From: an uncultured Flavobacterium sp. | GTDB taxonomy: Bacteria; Bacteroidota; Bacteroidia; Flavobacteriales; Flavobacteriaceae | Assembly (NCBI GenBank): GCA_964629155.1 | Contig: CAZVQI010000002.1 | Coordinates: forward strand, 1-58,834 | Length of the DNA stretch: 58,834 nt | Direction of reading: 5' to 3' | In this document: positions 27,412 through 37,435 of the stretch, one piece after another | Layout: each line of letters starts with the position of its first letter | Position numbering within the stretch: the stretch's first letter is position 1 | Notes under the pieces: generated by a model | Databases searched by the model: none | Told to the model about the DNA's origin: nothing | The model's input: only the letters and a program-made list of their open reading frames with translations | Program-made: the position numbers and the translations under genes

Positions 27412-28861
27412 ATTTATTCTCGAATTGATTCAGATGATGTTGATACCTTTCCATAAGAGCTTCAAAGAGTAAAATACCTTGCTCTTTGTATCCGGCAGAA
27501 GAATAGTGGACACGATCTTTGGCGATAAAACCTTGTTTTATCAGTTTTGACATAGACTGGTTTCCTCCTAAAGCTCGATATAAATCCCAAACACTATAAC
27601 GATTAACAAGCGAATTATTGATGATTTGACTTGAGTATGTTTCTACATAGTGATTTGGATATTTTCTCTTAAATAGCGATGGGGGAGGAGTAGTGAGTAA
27701 TAGGGGAACATTCGGTTCTTTAGAGCGTAAAGTATTCAAAAATTCTTCTAACTGACTGTAAAAACATTGGTCACACAACTTGTCAAAAGCTTCGTTTGTG
27801 CCTAAAGAAATAATGATTAAATCAGGTTTCAATACATTTAACTGCTCAAAAAACAGAGGGTATTTGCTATAATCCGAATATTTAGCTCCGTTCACACCAA
27901 TAGAATGATATAATACTCCGGTTTGATTGTTTTCTAATACGATTCCGTTTAGAGCAAAAATCTCATGTTCTTTATTTGGGGTAAGGTAGATTTTATCTGT
28001 GTTCTCTAAGTTTTGATATTCATAGTAATATTCGGATATAAAAGGAGTACTGTCCAACGGAATAAAATCGGTCATCTCAATTTTTTGAGGTTGCGTTTCT
28101 CCGGTCGGAATTTTAAGTGATGCACCGGCTCGAATAAGGTTATTTTTCAAACCATTTGCCTTTTTTATCTTGTCAACAGTGGTTTTGTATTGCTGTGCAA
28201 TTCCCGAAAGGGTTTCTCCGCTTTTTATTTTATGAGTTATTGTTTTTGGGAGGTTAGATTTTAGAACAACAGTTTTAGAAGCATTAGCTAATTCAAAAAG
28301 AGTTTTATTTCCCGGAGTAATGATTTTCAGATGGTTAAAATGATAATTTTGATTTTGAACAGACAATTCAATTACAAAATCATTTTGGTTGGTAAAAAGT
28401 GCTATTCCGCTCAATCCGACAGGGCTTCCGTCATTAGGATATATATTTCGTAAGCTATTCCAATTTCCGTTAGAAGAAAAACGAACATTAGAACTTCCGT
28501 TAGTTTTAGCAAGTGAATATGGAAAAACAAATCCTAATCCGGCATTTCCGAAGCGTTCTTGAAATTTCTGACGTAGCATATCTGTCATCAAATCGGCTTG
28601 AATGTGTGAATCTCCTATGTGTACAATGTTTATTTTTCGATTCTGATGGAGTTCTAAATCGTTGAGCTTTTGCCAAAAAACTTCTAAAAATTCTGAATTG
28701 TAAATTCCTGAATTAGGAAACGAAGTATGAAGACTATCTAATGAAATCAGTTGTTGCTCTACAACCAACGAATCAATTTCGTTTACTTCCAAAGAATCGG
28801 TTTGAGCAAACGAAAACATTGAAACTAAAAGGGCAAAAAAACAGAATATTTTATTGGTCAT
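27410..28861 (-). CDS. SGNH/GDSL protein with inserted LysM domain
   Basis: IGDSH, GVNGA, GTNE, DRVH blocks; LysM HKIKSGETLSGIAQQY. Confidence 0.9.
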   Translation of the reverse strand: MTNKIFCFFALLVSMFSFAQTDSLEVNEIDSLVVEQQLISLDSLHTSFPNSGIYNSEFLEVFWQKLNDLELHQNRKINIVHIGDSHIQADLMTDMLRQKFQERFGNAGLGFVFPYSLAKTNGSSNVRFSSNGNWNSLRNIYPNDGSPVGLSGIALFTNQNDFVIELSVQNQNYHFNHLKIITPGNKTLFELANASKTVVLKSNLPKTITHKIKSGETLSGIAQQYKTTVDKIKKANGLKNNLIRAGASLKIPTGETQPQKIEMTDFIPLDSTPFISEYYYEYQNLENTDKIYLTPNKEHEIFALNGIVLENNQTGVLYHSIGVNGAKYSDYSKYPLFFEQLNVLKPDLIIISLGTNEAFDKLCDQCFYSQLEEFLNTLRSKEPNVPLLLTTPPPSLFKRKYPNHYVETYSSQIINNSLVNRYSVWDLYRALGGNQSMSKLIKQGFIAKDRVHYSSAGYKEQGILLFEALMERYQHHLNQFENK

Positions 28862-30272
28862 TATTAGTGTTTTCTGAGTTCATAACGGTTTTAACAGATT
28901 TGTTTTGTTTGAATAGTTCGTATTCTTTTTTGAGCTCATCAAAAATAAATTGAGCTATTTTTTGTGAACCTTTAGTGTTAAAGTGTGTATAGTCTTTATT
29001 CCCTAAGGCAGGTTCTTCTTCAACCCATTTAACCATTGACCCTTCGCCTCCCATAAGTAAATAGAGATTGACAAATCCGGAACGAGTTTTTTCTGCATAT
29101 CGTTGTTGAGTACTTACCAAAGGAACAACAGCCGAATCGGTTTTCATTTCCATTCCGTACTTTGTGGATTTATCAGCTGTAGAAACAATTAAAAATGAAG
29201 CATTCGGAAAGCAGATTCTCAGATGATTTATCACTCGGGTCATAGCTTTTTCGTACCATGAGTAATTTAAGTTTCCGTAATTTAATACATTAGTTCCGTA
29301 ATGTAAAATGATTAAATCATATCCGCCTAACTCTTTGTCAAACTCATTCATAAATGAAGGATTGAGTAACGAAAGCGGTAATCCGGAGTTTCCTCTACTC
29401 GAAAAATTATCAACATACACTCCAAAATTATCACCTGAGTTGATTCCGTAAAAAGCTATTGAGTCGGCATGAACAAAATTTATTTTGAGACTTTTTAAGT
29501 TTTGGTCGGATAAACGGAGAGTATTAAGTGTTTTTTCTGCTTTTAGGGGTTTAATTACTCGAGTTGTATCTCCGTTATAAAAAAGTTCAAGATAAGCATT
29601 GTGGTTATCAGATTTCCCATAAAATAAAGTCGGATTATAAATTTCTGATACGTTTTTCTGATAGGAGGCTTTGTATTCAACCCAAGTAGAATTTAAAGAA
29701 TCTGTAACAAAAAATACATGACCGTTTACCCCAAAAGGTTTAGTAGGCGTTTTTACGTTTACATAAGATTGTGCCTTCCAATTGTCGGAGTAAGAATGTT
29801 TTATGCTTCCTCTGGAAGCGGCCGATTCAGAAGTTATGGATACAAACCCGACCCCTTTCCCTCCGAATTCATCTTGAAAAAAACGTCTTAAATCTTGTAC
29901 GATATAGTCTCCGTCTGTCATTGAATCTCCAAAATAACCAATACGGATTTTACCTTTTTTATCAGCTTCAAGAGCAGTTAATTTTTCAAAAAAACGAGTT
30001 AGATATTCGTGCGAGTGATTTTCTTTAAACCCTTCTGTTTCTTGTTTTGTCTCAATTTCAGCCACAACCGTATCAGTTTCTTGTTCTTGAACAGACGTGA
30101 GATTTTCTTCTTCCCGAAGAGCTTCCAACAACAAACTGTCAATAACCATATTAGCATTGTTTGTAGAAACTTCTGAAAAAATACGTTTTGGTAATACTTC
30201 TTTCAACCCCAAGAAAATTAAGGTTGCCAAAAGAATAATTAAAAAAGATTGTATGAAATATGATTTGTTCAC
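28851..30272 (-). CDS. Membrane-anchored SGNH protein (PatB-like O-acetyltransferase/esterase)
   Basis: N-terminal TM, FGDSM, SRGNSG, YGTN, DYTH. Confidence 0.85.
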   Translation of the reverse strand: MNKSYFIQSFLIILLATLIFLGLKEVLPKRIFSEVSTNNANMVIDSLLLEALREEENLTSVQEQETDTVVAEIETKQETEGFKENHSHEYLTRFFEKLTALEADKKGKIRIGYFGDSMTDGDYIVQDLRRFFQDEFGGKGVGFVSITSESAASRGSIKHSYSDNWKAQSYVNVKTPTKPFGVNGHVFFVTDSLNSTWVEYKASYQKNVSEIYNPTLFYGKSDNHNAYLELFYNGDTTRVIKPLKAEKTLNTLRLSDQNLKSLKINFVHADSIAFYGINSGDNFGVYVDNFSSRGNSGLPLSLLNPSFMNEFDKELGGYDLIILHYGTNVLNYGNLNYSWYEKAMTRVINHLRICFPNASFLIVSTADKSTKYGMEMKTDSAVVPLVSTQQRYAEKTRSGFVNLYLLMGGEGSMVKWVEEEPALGNKDYTHFNTKGSQKIAQFIFDELKKEYELFKQNKSVKTVMNSENTNNDQ

Positions 30273-30351
30273 TTAATGAAATTAGAGAGTAAAAATAGCA
30301 AAAAGTAGAGAGGTATTAGCCGTCTAAGGTTTAAGTTTTGTACTAAAGACA

Positions 30352-30390
30352 GATGCACAGATATTTTTAAAAAACCTGTGCATTTTTGTC
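30352..30390. terminator. Possible terminator downstream of serA
   Basis: ATGCACAG...CTGTGCAT inverted repeat. Confidence 0.45.
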
Positions 30391-30391
30391 T

Positions 30392-31342
30392 TTATTTTAA
30401 AATAGAAATGATTTGCTCTGCTAATTCCTTACTCATACGATTTTGAACCTCTATGGTTGATGCTCCAATATGTGGAGTAAGAGATATTTTAGGATGCATC
30501 AGAATTTGGACGGCAGGATGAGGTTCATTTTCAAAAACGTCTAATCCTGCAAAAGCAACTTTTCCGGAATCTATGTTTGTAACCAAAGCGACCTCATCGA
30601 CAATACCTCCTGCAGAAGTGTTAATAATTCCTACTCCGTCTTTCATTTTTTCAAATTCATCTGCTCCTATCAGGTAGTCATTTTGATGTGGAGTATGAAT
30701 TGAAATAAAATCTGATTGTGTTAAAACCTGGTCAAACGAAGTGGTTTCGATAGTAAAATCAATTTTTTGTCCATTAAAAAAATCAAGAGTTATTACAGCG
30801 TTTTTTACTGCTTTGTCAGCGGCAATCACATTCATTCCAAGTCCTACAGCAATTTTGGCAACCGCTTGTCCGATAAGTCCAAAACCGATAAGCCCCAACG
30901 TTTTACCACGAAGTTCTTTTCCTTGTTCGTACTCTGATTTTAAACGATTAAAGTATGAGTCCCCTTCCAAAGGCATACTTCGATTAGATTCCGTCAAAAA
31001 ACGTACTCCCGAAAACAGATGAGCAAAAACTAATTCGGCCACGGCTTCTGCGGATGATTTAGGAGTATTTATGACATGAATTCCTTTAGATTGGGCATAC
31101 TTTACATCAATGTTGTCCATATCCGTTCCACCTTTTCCTATAATTTTCAAAGTCGGACAATCATCAATAATTTCTTTACGTACTTTGGTGGCATTGCGAA
31201 CAAGTAAGATAGAAATGTTGTGTTTGTTAATATAATTGGCAACTTGTTCTTGAGCTACTTTGGTAGTATTTACTTCAAAACCATTGTTTTCTAATAGTTG
31301 AATTCCTTCTGTAGAAATTCCGTCATTGGCTAATATTTTCAT
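30392..31342 (-). CDS. serA: D-3-phosphoglycerate dehydrogenase-like protein (no ACT domain), altered active site
   Basis: MKILANDGI, ELRGKTLGLIGFG, AGLDVFENEP, LTPHIGA; downstream of serC. Confidence 0.8.
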   Translation of the reverse strand: MKILANDGISTEGIQLLENNGFEVNTTKVAQEQVANYINKHNISILLVRNATKVRKEIIDDCPTLKIIGKGGTDMDNIDVKYAQSKGIHVINTPKSSAEAVAELVFAHLFSGVRFLTESNRSMPLEGDSYFNRLKSEYEQGKELRGKTLGLIGFGLIGQAVAKIAVGLGMNVIAADKAVKNAVITLDFFNGQKIDFTIETTSFDQVLTQSDFISIHTPHQNDYLIGADEFEKMKDGVGIINTSAGGIVDEVALVTNIDSGKVAFAGLDVFENEPHPAVQILMHPKISLTPHIGASTIEVQNRMSKELAEQIISILK

Positions 31343-31377
31343 GTGTTTAATTTTAATAATTGAATTTAAGCTTGCAG

Positions 31378-31926
31378 TTACTCTACTCTAAAACTCTGCA
31401 TGATCTGTTCAGCTATTTTTTCGTATTCTTCAAAATCTTTCTCGAGAGCCGTAAATGTCAAAGCATAGAGTTTAGAGTCTTTGATAATATAATGAATAAG
31501 ATATTTTAAGGTTTCTCCGTAATTCGGAGCAGTAACAATCATTCTTTGATACTCTTTGTGTGGAGTTATTATTTTTTCAGACGAAATAACGGAGCCTTTT
31601 ATTTGTAAAAATTCGCTTTTGGCAGAAACTTCAACATCTTTCAAAGTTTTTATTGAGTTGGGTAACGGATTGATGATAAGATTGATGTTTTCGGTAAAAT
31701 CATCTCCCGTATCTAAATAAATATACAGAGAAACTTCATTTTGGTCATGTTCAATATACCAATCTTTATGAACTTTAATCGAATAATTGTCTTTTCGGAT
31801 TTCTTGGAAATCCGAACTTTCCAGAACAATATCAGGTTGCACGGATACTCCGGACCTTACATTGTCTTTTTTGCACGAAGCACTCAAAATTCCGATAAAG
31901 AAGATAAGAATAAATTTAGGTTTCAT
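31378..31926 (-). CDS. PsbP/DcrB-like lipoprotein
   Basis: Lipobox LSASC; ENINLII and KLYALTFTA...IMQSFRV pattern. Confidence 0.6.
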   Translation of the reverse strand: MKPKFILIFFIGILSASCKKDNVRSGVSVQPDIVLESSDFQEIRKDNYSIKVHKDWYIEHDQNEVSLYIYLDTGDDFTENINLIINPLPNSIKTLKDVEVSAKSEFLQIKGSVISSEKIITPHKEYQRMIVTAPNYGETLKYLIHYIIKDSKLYALTFTALEKDFEEYEKIAEQIMQSFRVE

Positions 31927-31962
31927 AATGTCTTTTTACTTTTCGCATATTCTGCGAAATAA

Positions 31963-33033
31963 TTATACTGTTCTTGTAAACTCCCTCATCACATCAACTA
32001 AAACCTGAACACCTTCTAAAGACATAGCATTATAGATAGAGGCACGATAATCGCCTACTGTTCGATGCCCGTTTAGTCCTGAAATACCGGCATTTTGCCA
32101 AAGATTATCAAAACGTTCGGTAAGAGATTTGTCTTTAAGAGCAAAAGTAACGTTCATTTTGCTTCGGTCTTCTTTTTTTGCTTTTCCTACAAAAAGAGGA
32201 TTGTTGTCAATTTCGTTGTACAAAAGTTCTGCTTTTGCGTTATTTTGTTTTTCCAAAACAGTAATTCCTCCTTTTTCCTTAATCCATTTGAGAGTTAAAA
32301 GCGAGGTATAAACCGCAAAAACAGCAGGAGTGTTGTACATGCTTTCTCTAAGAATATGCTCTTTATAATCTAAAATACTTGGAATGGCTCTTCCTGTTTT
32401 TCCGAGAATATTTTCTTTTACAACTATCAGTGAAACTCCTGATGTACCTGCATTTTTTTGAGCACCTGCATAAATCAAATCAAATTTAGAAAAATCTAAT
32501 ACTCTCGAAAAAATATCTGAGCTCATATCGCAAACCAAAGGAACATTAAGTTTAGGAAACTCATGCATTTGAGTTCCGTAAACAGTATTGTTACTGGTAC
32601 AGTGAAAATAATCCGAATCAGCAGAAACGGAGTAATTTTTTGGGATATAACTGTAATTTTCGTCTTTTGAAGAAGCAATAATTTCGGTATTTCCGAAAAT
32701 TTTAGCTTGTTTAATGGCTCCTGAAGCCCATGTTCCGGTGTCTAAATACGAAGCTTTCCCGTTGATTTTCATTAAATTATACGGAACACGAAGAAACTCC
32801 ATACTTGCACCACCTTGCAGGAATAAAGCCTGATAACCTTGATTTTTAAGTCCTAAAAGTTCTAAGGCCAAAGTGCGAGCTTCTTCAATAACAGCTACAA
32901 ATTCTTTACTTCGATGAGATATTTCAATTAATGAAAGTCCGCTTCCGTTAAAATTCAGAACAGCCTCAGAAGCCTTTTGCAGAACCTCATACGGTAAAAT
33001 TGCAGGACCGGCACTAAAATTATATTTTTTCAT
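31963..33033 (-). CDS. serC: Phosphoserine aminotransferase
   Basis: NFSAGPAILP, EISHRS, LQGGA, DMSS, YAGAQKN, GHR..RAS.YNA. Confidence 0.97.
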   Translation of the reverse strand: MKKYNFSAGPAILPYEVLQKASEAVLNFNGSGLSLIEISHRSKEFVAVIEEARTLALELLGLKNQGYQALFLQGGASMEFLRVPYNLMKINGKASYLDTGTWASGAIKQAKIFGNTEIIASSKDENYSYIPKNYSVSADSDYFHCTSNNTVYGTQMHEFPKLNVPLVCDMSSDIFSRVLDFSKFDLIYAGAQKNAGTSGVSLIVVKENILGKTGRAIPSILDYKEHILRESMYNTPAVFAVYTSLLTLKWIKEKGGITVLEKQNNAKAELLYNEIDNNPLFVGKAKKEDRSKMNVTFALKDKSLTERFDNLWQNAGISGLNGHRTVGDYRASIYNAMSLEGVQVLVDVMREFTRTV

Positions 33034-33141
33034 CTCATGAATTTGTAAGATACAAATTTCCGATTTCGACCTGAATTACACAAGATTCCATCAAAAACAA
33101 GTTGTAATTTTGTAAATTCGTTATTTAAAATTTAATCGTAA

Positions 33142-34527
33142 ATGACATCTCATATCAATTACTTTCAATCGATTGTGGGGGCGGAGCGAGTTTTAGCAGA
33201 TGAAGAAACCCTTATGCGGTGTGCTTCTGACCATACCGAAGATTTTATATTTAAACCTCAAGTTGTTTTGCAACCCGAAACTACCGGAGAAGTAAGTCAG
33301 ATTCTGAAATATTGTAACGATAACAAAATCATTATTACTCCGAGAGGAGCAGGAACCGGATTAAGCGGTGGTGCATTGCCAATTTTTGGGAGTGTGGTTT
33401 TGGATATGAGAAGAATGAATAAAATATTGAAAATTGATACCGAAAATTTTCAGGTCATAACTGAACCCGGGGTAATTACCGAAGAGCTTCAGAATGCAGT
33501 AAAAGAATTAGGGTTGTATTATCCGGTTGATCCGGCAAGTAGAGGAAGTTGTTTTATTGGAGGTAACGTAGCCGAAAATTCGGGAGGAGCGAGAGCTGTA
33601 AAATACGGGGTAGTTAAAGATTATGTACTTAACCTTGAAGTTGTTTTGCCCAACGGAGACGTAATTTGGACAGGGGCAAATACCTTAAAAAATTCTACAG
33701 GATATAATCTTACTCAACTGATTGTAGGCTCAGAAGGTACTTTGGCTGTTATAACTAAAATAGTGTTGAAATTGTTACCTCATCCTCAAAAAGATTTACT
33801 GATTTTAGTTCCTTTCTACTCTGCTCATGAAGCTTGTCAAGCTGTAAACAAAATATTTTTGTCCGGTTTTACTCCTTCTGCTTTAGAGTTTATGGAACGT
33901 GATGCTATTTTGGTTTCACAGAAATTTTTGAATAACTATTCATTAAACATTCCTGATGATATTCAAGCTCATTTGTTGATTGAAGTAAACGGAAATGATG
34001 AAGAAGTCTTAATGCGAGAGATTGAAGGTATAGTAGCTGTTTTAGAGCAGTTCAGAACAGGTGAAATTTTATTTGCCGATACCGAAAAGACTAAAGAAGA
34101 ACTTTGGAGGCTTCGGAGAGTAACAGGAGAGGCAGCCAAAGCAAGTTCTGTTTACAAAGAAGAAGATACAGTGGTGCCGAGAGCTAAATTACCGGAACTT
34201 TTGACGAAAGTAAAGGAATTAGGTAAAGAATACGGATTTGATTCTATCTGCTACGGTCATGCAGGAGACGGAAATTTACACGTAAATATTCTGAAAAACA
34301 ATATGACGGATGAAGCTTGGAAAGGTAAACTTCCCGAAGCTATCCGAAAATTATTTGTTTATACAAAGCAACTTGGGGGAACTCTAAGCGGTGAGCACGG
34401 AATAGGATATGTTCAGAAAGATTATATGGATATTGCTTTTTCGGAAATTGAATTAGATTTGATGCGAAAAATCAAAAAAGTTTTTGACCCGAATAACATT
34501 CTGAATCCGGGAAAGATTTTTGATTAA
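33142..34527 (+). CDS. FAD-linked 2-hydroxyacid dehydrogenase (GlcD/D2HGDH/PdxR family)
   Basis: PRGAGTGLSGG, DPAS..IGGNVAENSGG..KYG, GSEGTL, GHAGDGNLH, SGEHGIG. Confidence 0.92.
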   Translation: MTSHINYFQSIVGAERVLADEETLMRCASDHTEDFIFKPQVVLQPETTGEVSQILKYCNDNKIIITPRGAGTGLSGGALPIFGSVVLDMRRMNKILKIDTENFQVITEPGVITEELQNAVKELGLYYPVDPASRGSCFIGGNVAENSGGARAVKYGVVKDYVLNLEVVLPNGDVIWTGANTLKNSTGYNLTQLIVGSEGTLAVITKIVLKLLPHPQKDLLILVPFYSAHEACQAVNKIFLSGFTPSALEFMERDAILVSQKFLNNYSLNIPDDIQAHLLIEVNGNDEEVLMREIEGIVAVLEQFRTGEILFADTEKTKEELWRLRRVTGEAAKASSVYKEEDTVVPRAKLPELLTKVKELGKEYGFDSICYGHAGDGNLHVNILKNNMTDEAWKGKLPEAIRKLFVYTKQLGGTLSGEHGIGYVQKDYMDIAFSEIELDLMRKIKKVFDPNNILNPGKIFD

Positions 34528-34691
34528 TGGGTTGATTGTGATGAGGGTATTTTGAGTTAAAGCATAAAAAATTTATTTCCGGTAAAGTGTTTAAAGAAAA
34601 CAGCTCTGTCTTAACTTCTTTTTAACAACAAGTATATTTATATAAATCCTATCTTTATAGCTAATATTTTTTAAACTAAAATAGTAAAAAG

Positions 34692-35537
34692 ATGAGAAAG
34701 ATTATTATTGCAGCAACCGTATTTTTGACGGGAGCGTTAGGTTTTTCACAGGTTCAGACTCCTGCAGCGAGTCCGCTTGGAAAAGTTCATCAAACAGTAG
34801 GGCTTACAGAAGTTTCTGTTGAGTATTCCAGACCAAGTGCTAAAGGAAGGAATATTTTCGGAAATCTTGTGCCTTTTGGAAAAATATGGAGAACAGGAGC
34901 TAACAAAAACACGATTGTTTATTTTGGAGATGATGTAGTGATAGGAGGAAAAACATTAAAAAAGGGAGAGTATGCTCTGTTTGTAAGTCCAAAACCGGAC
35001 GCTTGGGATGTATATTTTTATACAGACACCAATAACTGGGGAGTACCTGAGAAATGGAATGAAGAAAAAGTAGCTGCTAAAGTAACTGTAAAACCGATAA
35101 CACTTTCAAATTTTGTTGAAACGTTTACCATTGGAATTAATGCTTTAGATAATGATTACGGACACCTTGAATTATCTTGGGAAAAAACTATGGTATCTGT
35201 AAAATTTGAAGTTCCTACTGCTAAAATTGCTCATGCAAGTATCAATAAAGCTTTAGCAGGTCCGGATCAAAACACATATTATCAAGCAGCTAATTACTAC
35301 TATCAATCAGGAGCAGATATCAATCAGGCTTTAGAATGGATTAATAAAGCTGTTGAAATGGCAGGAAAAGAAGCTCCGTTTTGGTATTTACGCCTTAAAT
35401 CACTTATTCAAGCAAAAGCAGGAGATAAAAAAGGAGCTATTGAAACTGCGCAACGTTCACTTGAAGCAGCTGAAAAAGCAGGTAATGCAGATTATATTAA
35501 GCTAAACAAAGATTCTATTTCTGAGTGGAGTAAATAA
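34692..35537 (+). CDS. DUF2911 protein with C-terminal TPR-like helices
   Basis: ASP, YSRPSAKGR.IFG.LVPFG..WRTGAN motif. Confidence 0.87.
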   Translation: MRKIIIAATVFLTGALGFSQVQTPAASPLGKVHQTVGLTEVSVEYSRPSAKGRNIFGNLVPFGKIWRTGANKNTIVYFGDDVVIGGKTLKKGEYALFVSPKPDAWDVYFYTDTNNWGVPEKWNEEKVAAKVTVKPITLSNFVETFTIGINALDNDYGHLELSWEKTMVSVKFEVPTAKIAHASINKALAGPDQNTYYQAANYYYQSGADINQALEWINKAVEMAGKEAPFWYLRLKSLIQAKAGDKKGAIETAQRSLEAAEKAGNADYIKLNKDSISEWSK

Positions 35538-35559
35538 AATCTTATATCTTCCATAAAAC

Positions 35560-35590
35560 AAAAAAGAGCCTTTTGAGGCTCTTTTTTTAT
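35560..35590. terminator. Bidirectional intrinsic terminator
   Basis: AAAAAAAGAGCC-TTTTGA-GGCTCTTTTTTT. Confidence 0.85.
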
Positions 35591-35607
35591 TTGTTGGATT
35601 ATAAATA

Positions 35608-37374
35608 TTATCTTATTCCGTGCATTAGTTTTTTGAGTACAGGACTCAAGAGTATGGCTAATATTCCCATTGTAGCAGGGACTACCGTGAAAATCAAGAA
35701 AAAGACTCCGATGGAGTAAGTTTCCGAAATTTTGTCTATCATTCCTCCCATAACTCCGGCTGATTTTTGCCCTACTGCAATTGCTAAATACCAAACTCCA
35801 AACATAAATCCAATCATCCTCGGAGGTACAAGCTTACTTACATAAGAAAGTCCGAGAGGAGAAAGACAAAGCTCTCCCATGGTGTGGAAAAGATAAGCCA
35901 GAATTAAGAAAACCATACTTACAGAAGCTGTTTTAGCTCCTTGAGGAATTTCCCATGCCCCGAATGATAATATACCGAATCCTATAGCTAATAGAATCAA
36001 CCCGAAGCCATATTTCATTCCGGCACTCGGATTATATTTGCTTTCCCACCATTTTGAAAATAAAGGAGCAAGAGATATGATGAAGAATGAGTTCAAAATA
36101 CCAAACCAAGAAGCATCAATAGTACTTCCTTCTTCTGAAAACTTATTGTACAGTCTGAAAATTACAAAGAACCAAATTCCGATAAAAGCAATAGCTAAGA
36201 AGATGTTTGATAAACTTATTTTAGAAAAAGTTTGTCCAAATAATTTGAAAAGCACCCAAGTAATGATAATCAGAGGTACTGTGGTGAGTAAGCCATCTAT
36301 AATTTTAAAAATTATTGCTGCAGAACCATCTAAGCTTCTGTTGGTATAAGCATCCGCAAAAATGGTCATAGACCCTAAAGATTGCTCAAAAGCCATAAAA
36401 AAGAATAAAGTAAATAATCCGCAGAAACACACGGCTATAATTCTGTCACGTGTTATTTTAGAATATCTCGAAATTCTTGAAATCAACAGTATAATAAATA
36501 AAATCAAACCAATAATTACTACAAAGTTGGTTCCGCTAAGATTACCTACTTTGAAAGGAAGAAGGTTAATATTTTCAATTTTTTCTAACGGGTCATTAAA
36601 TACAAACAATAGTCCCCCGATAGCCGAGATAATAATCAGTGCATAGTCAAAAATAGTAAACGGGTTTCTCTTGTCATTATCTTCTTCTGTTTCATGTTTT
36701 TTAGCTAATTCTAATTTTTCTTTTGTTGGTTTTGTTCCGATTTCTCCAAAAATAGGTTTTGCTAACCAAAATTGTAAACAACCCAACATCATAAAAACTC
36801 CTGCAAGACCAAACCCCCAAGACCAACCGAAGTTTTCTCCCAAATATCCGCAAAGCATCATTCCAAAGAAAGCCCCTGCATTTACTCCCATATAGAATAT
36901 GGTATAAGCCCCATCTTTTTTCTCGTCATGACCTTTATACATTTGTGAGATGATGGAAGTAATATTTGGTTTAAAAAATCCTGTTCCGATTACCAAAAGA
37001 GCCAAGCCAAGGTAAAAGGTGCCTTTGGTTTCCAAAGCCATAAAGGCGTGCCCTAAGGTCATAACTACACAACCAATAACCACAGCAACCCTATAACCTG
37101 TAATTTTATCAGCTACATATCCTCCGATAAGAGGAGTAAGGTAAAGCAAAGAACCATACGTTCCGATAAGAGCCAGAGCATTTTCTCTTGACCAGTCCCA
37201 TCCCGGGTTAATTCCTGTAAGGGGAGCCGTAAGGAATAAAATCAATAACATTTTCATTCCGTAGAACGAGAAGCGCTCCCACATTTCGGTAAAAAACAAA
37301 ACAAATAGTCCGGAAGGGTGTCCTAATACTTTTGATTTAAAGATATCAGAGTTGTTGGTAGTTTCTGTAGTCAT
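35608..37374 (-). CDS. POT/PTR di-/tripeptide:H+ symporter
   Basis: TEMWERFSFYGM (ExxERFxYY-like), GFFKPNI, FYMGVN, GELCLSP. Confidence 0.94.
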   Translation of the reverse strand: MTTETTNNSDIFKSKVLGHPSGLFVLFFTEMWERFSFYGMKMLLILFLTAPLTGINPGWDWSRENALALIGTYGSLLYLTPLIGGYVADKITGYRVAVVIGCVVMTLGHAFMALETKGTFYLGLALLVIGTGFFKPNITSIISQMYKGHDEKKDGAYTIFYMGVNAGAFFGMMLCGYLGENFGWSWGFGLAGVFMMLGCLQFWLAKPIFGEIGTKPTKEKLELAKKHETEEDNDKRNPFTIFDYALIIISAIGGLLFVFNDPLEKIENINLLPFKVGNLSGTNFVVIIGLILFIILLISRISRYSKITRDRIIAVCFCGLFTLFFFMAFEQSLGSMTIFADAYTNRSLDGSAAIIFKIIDGLLTTVPLIIITWVLFKLFGQTFSKISLSNIFLAIAFIGIWFFVIFRLYNKFSEEGSTIDASWFGILNSFFIISLAPLFSKWWESKYNPSAGMKYGFGLILLAIGFGILSFGAWEIPQGAKTASVSMVFLILAYLFHTMGELCLSPLGLSYVSKLVPPRMIGFMFGVWYLAIAVGQKSAGVMGGMIDKISETYSIGVFFLIFTVVPATMGILAILLSPVLKKLMHGIR

Positions 37375-37435
37375 AGAATTTGTATTTTGTAGTTTGAGTT
37401 GCGAAAGATAATCAAAATTTTAGCATAGGACAAAA

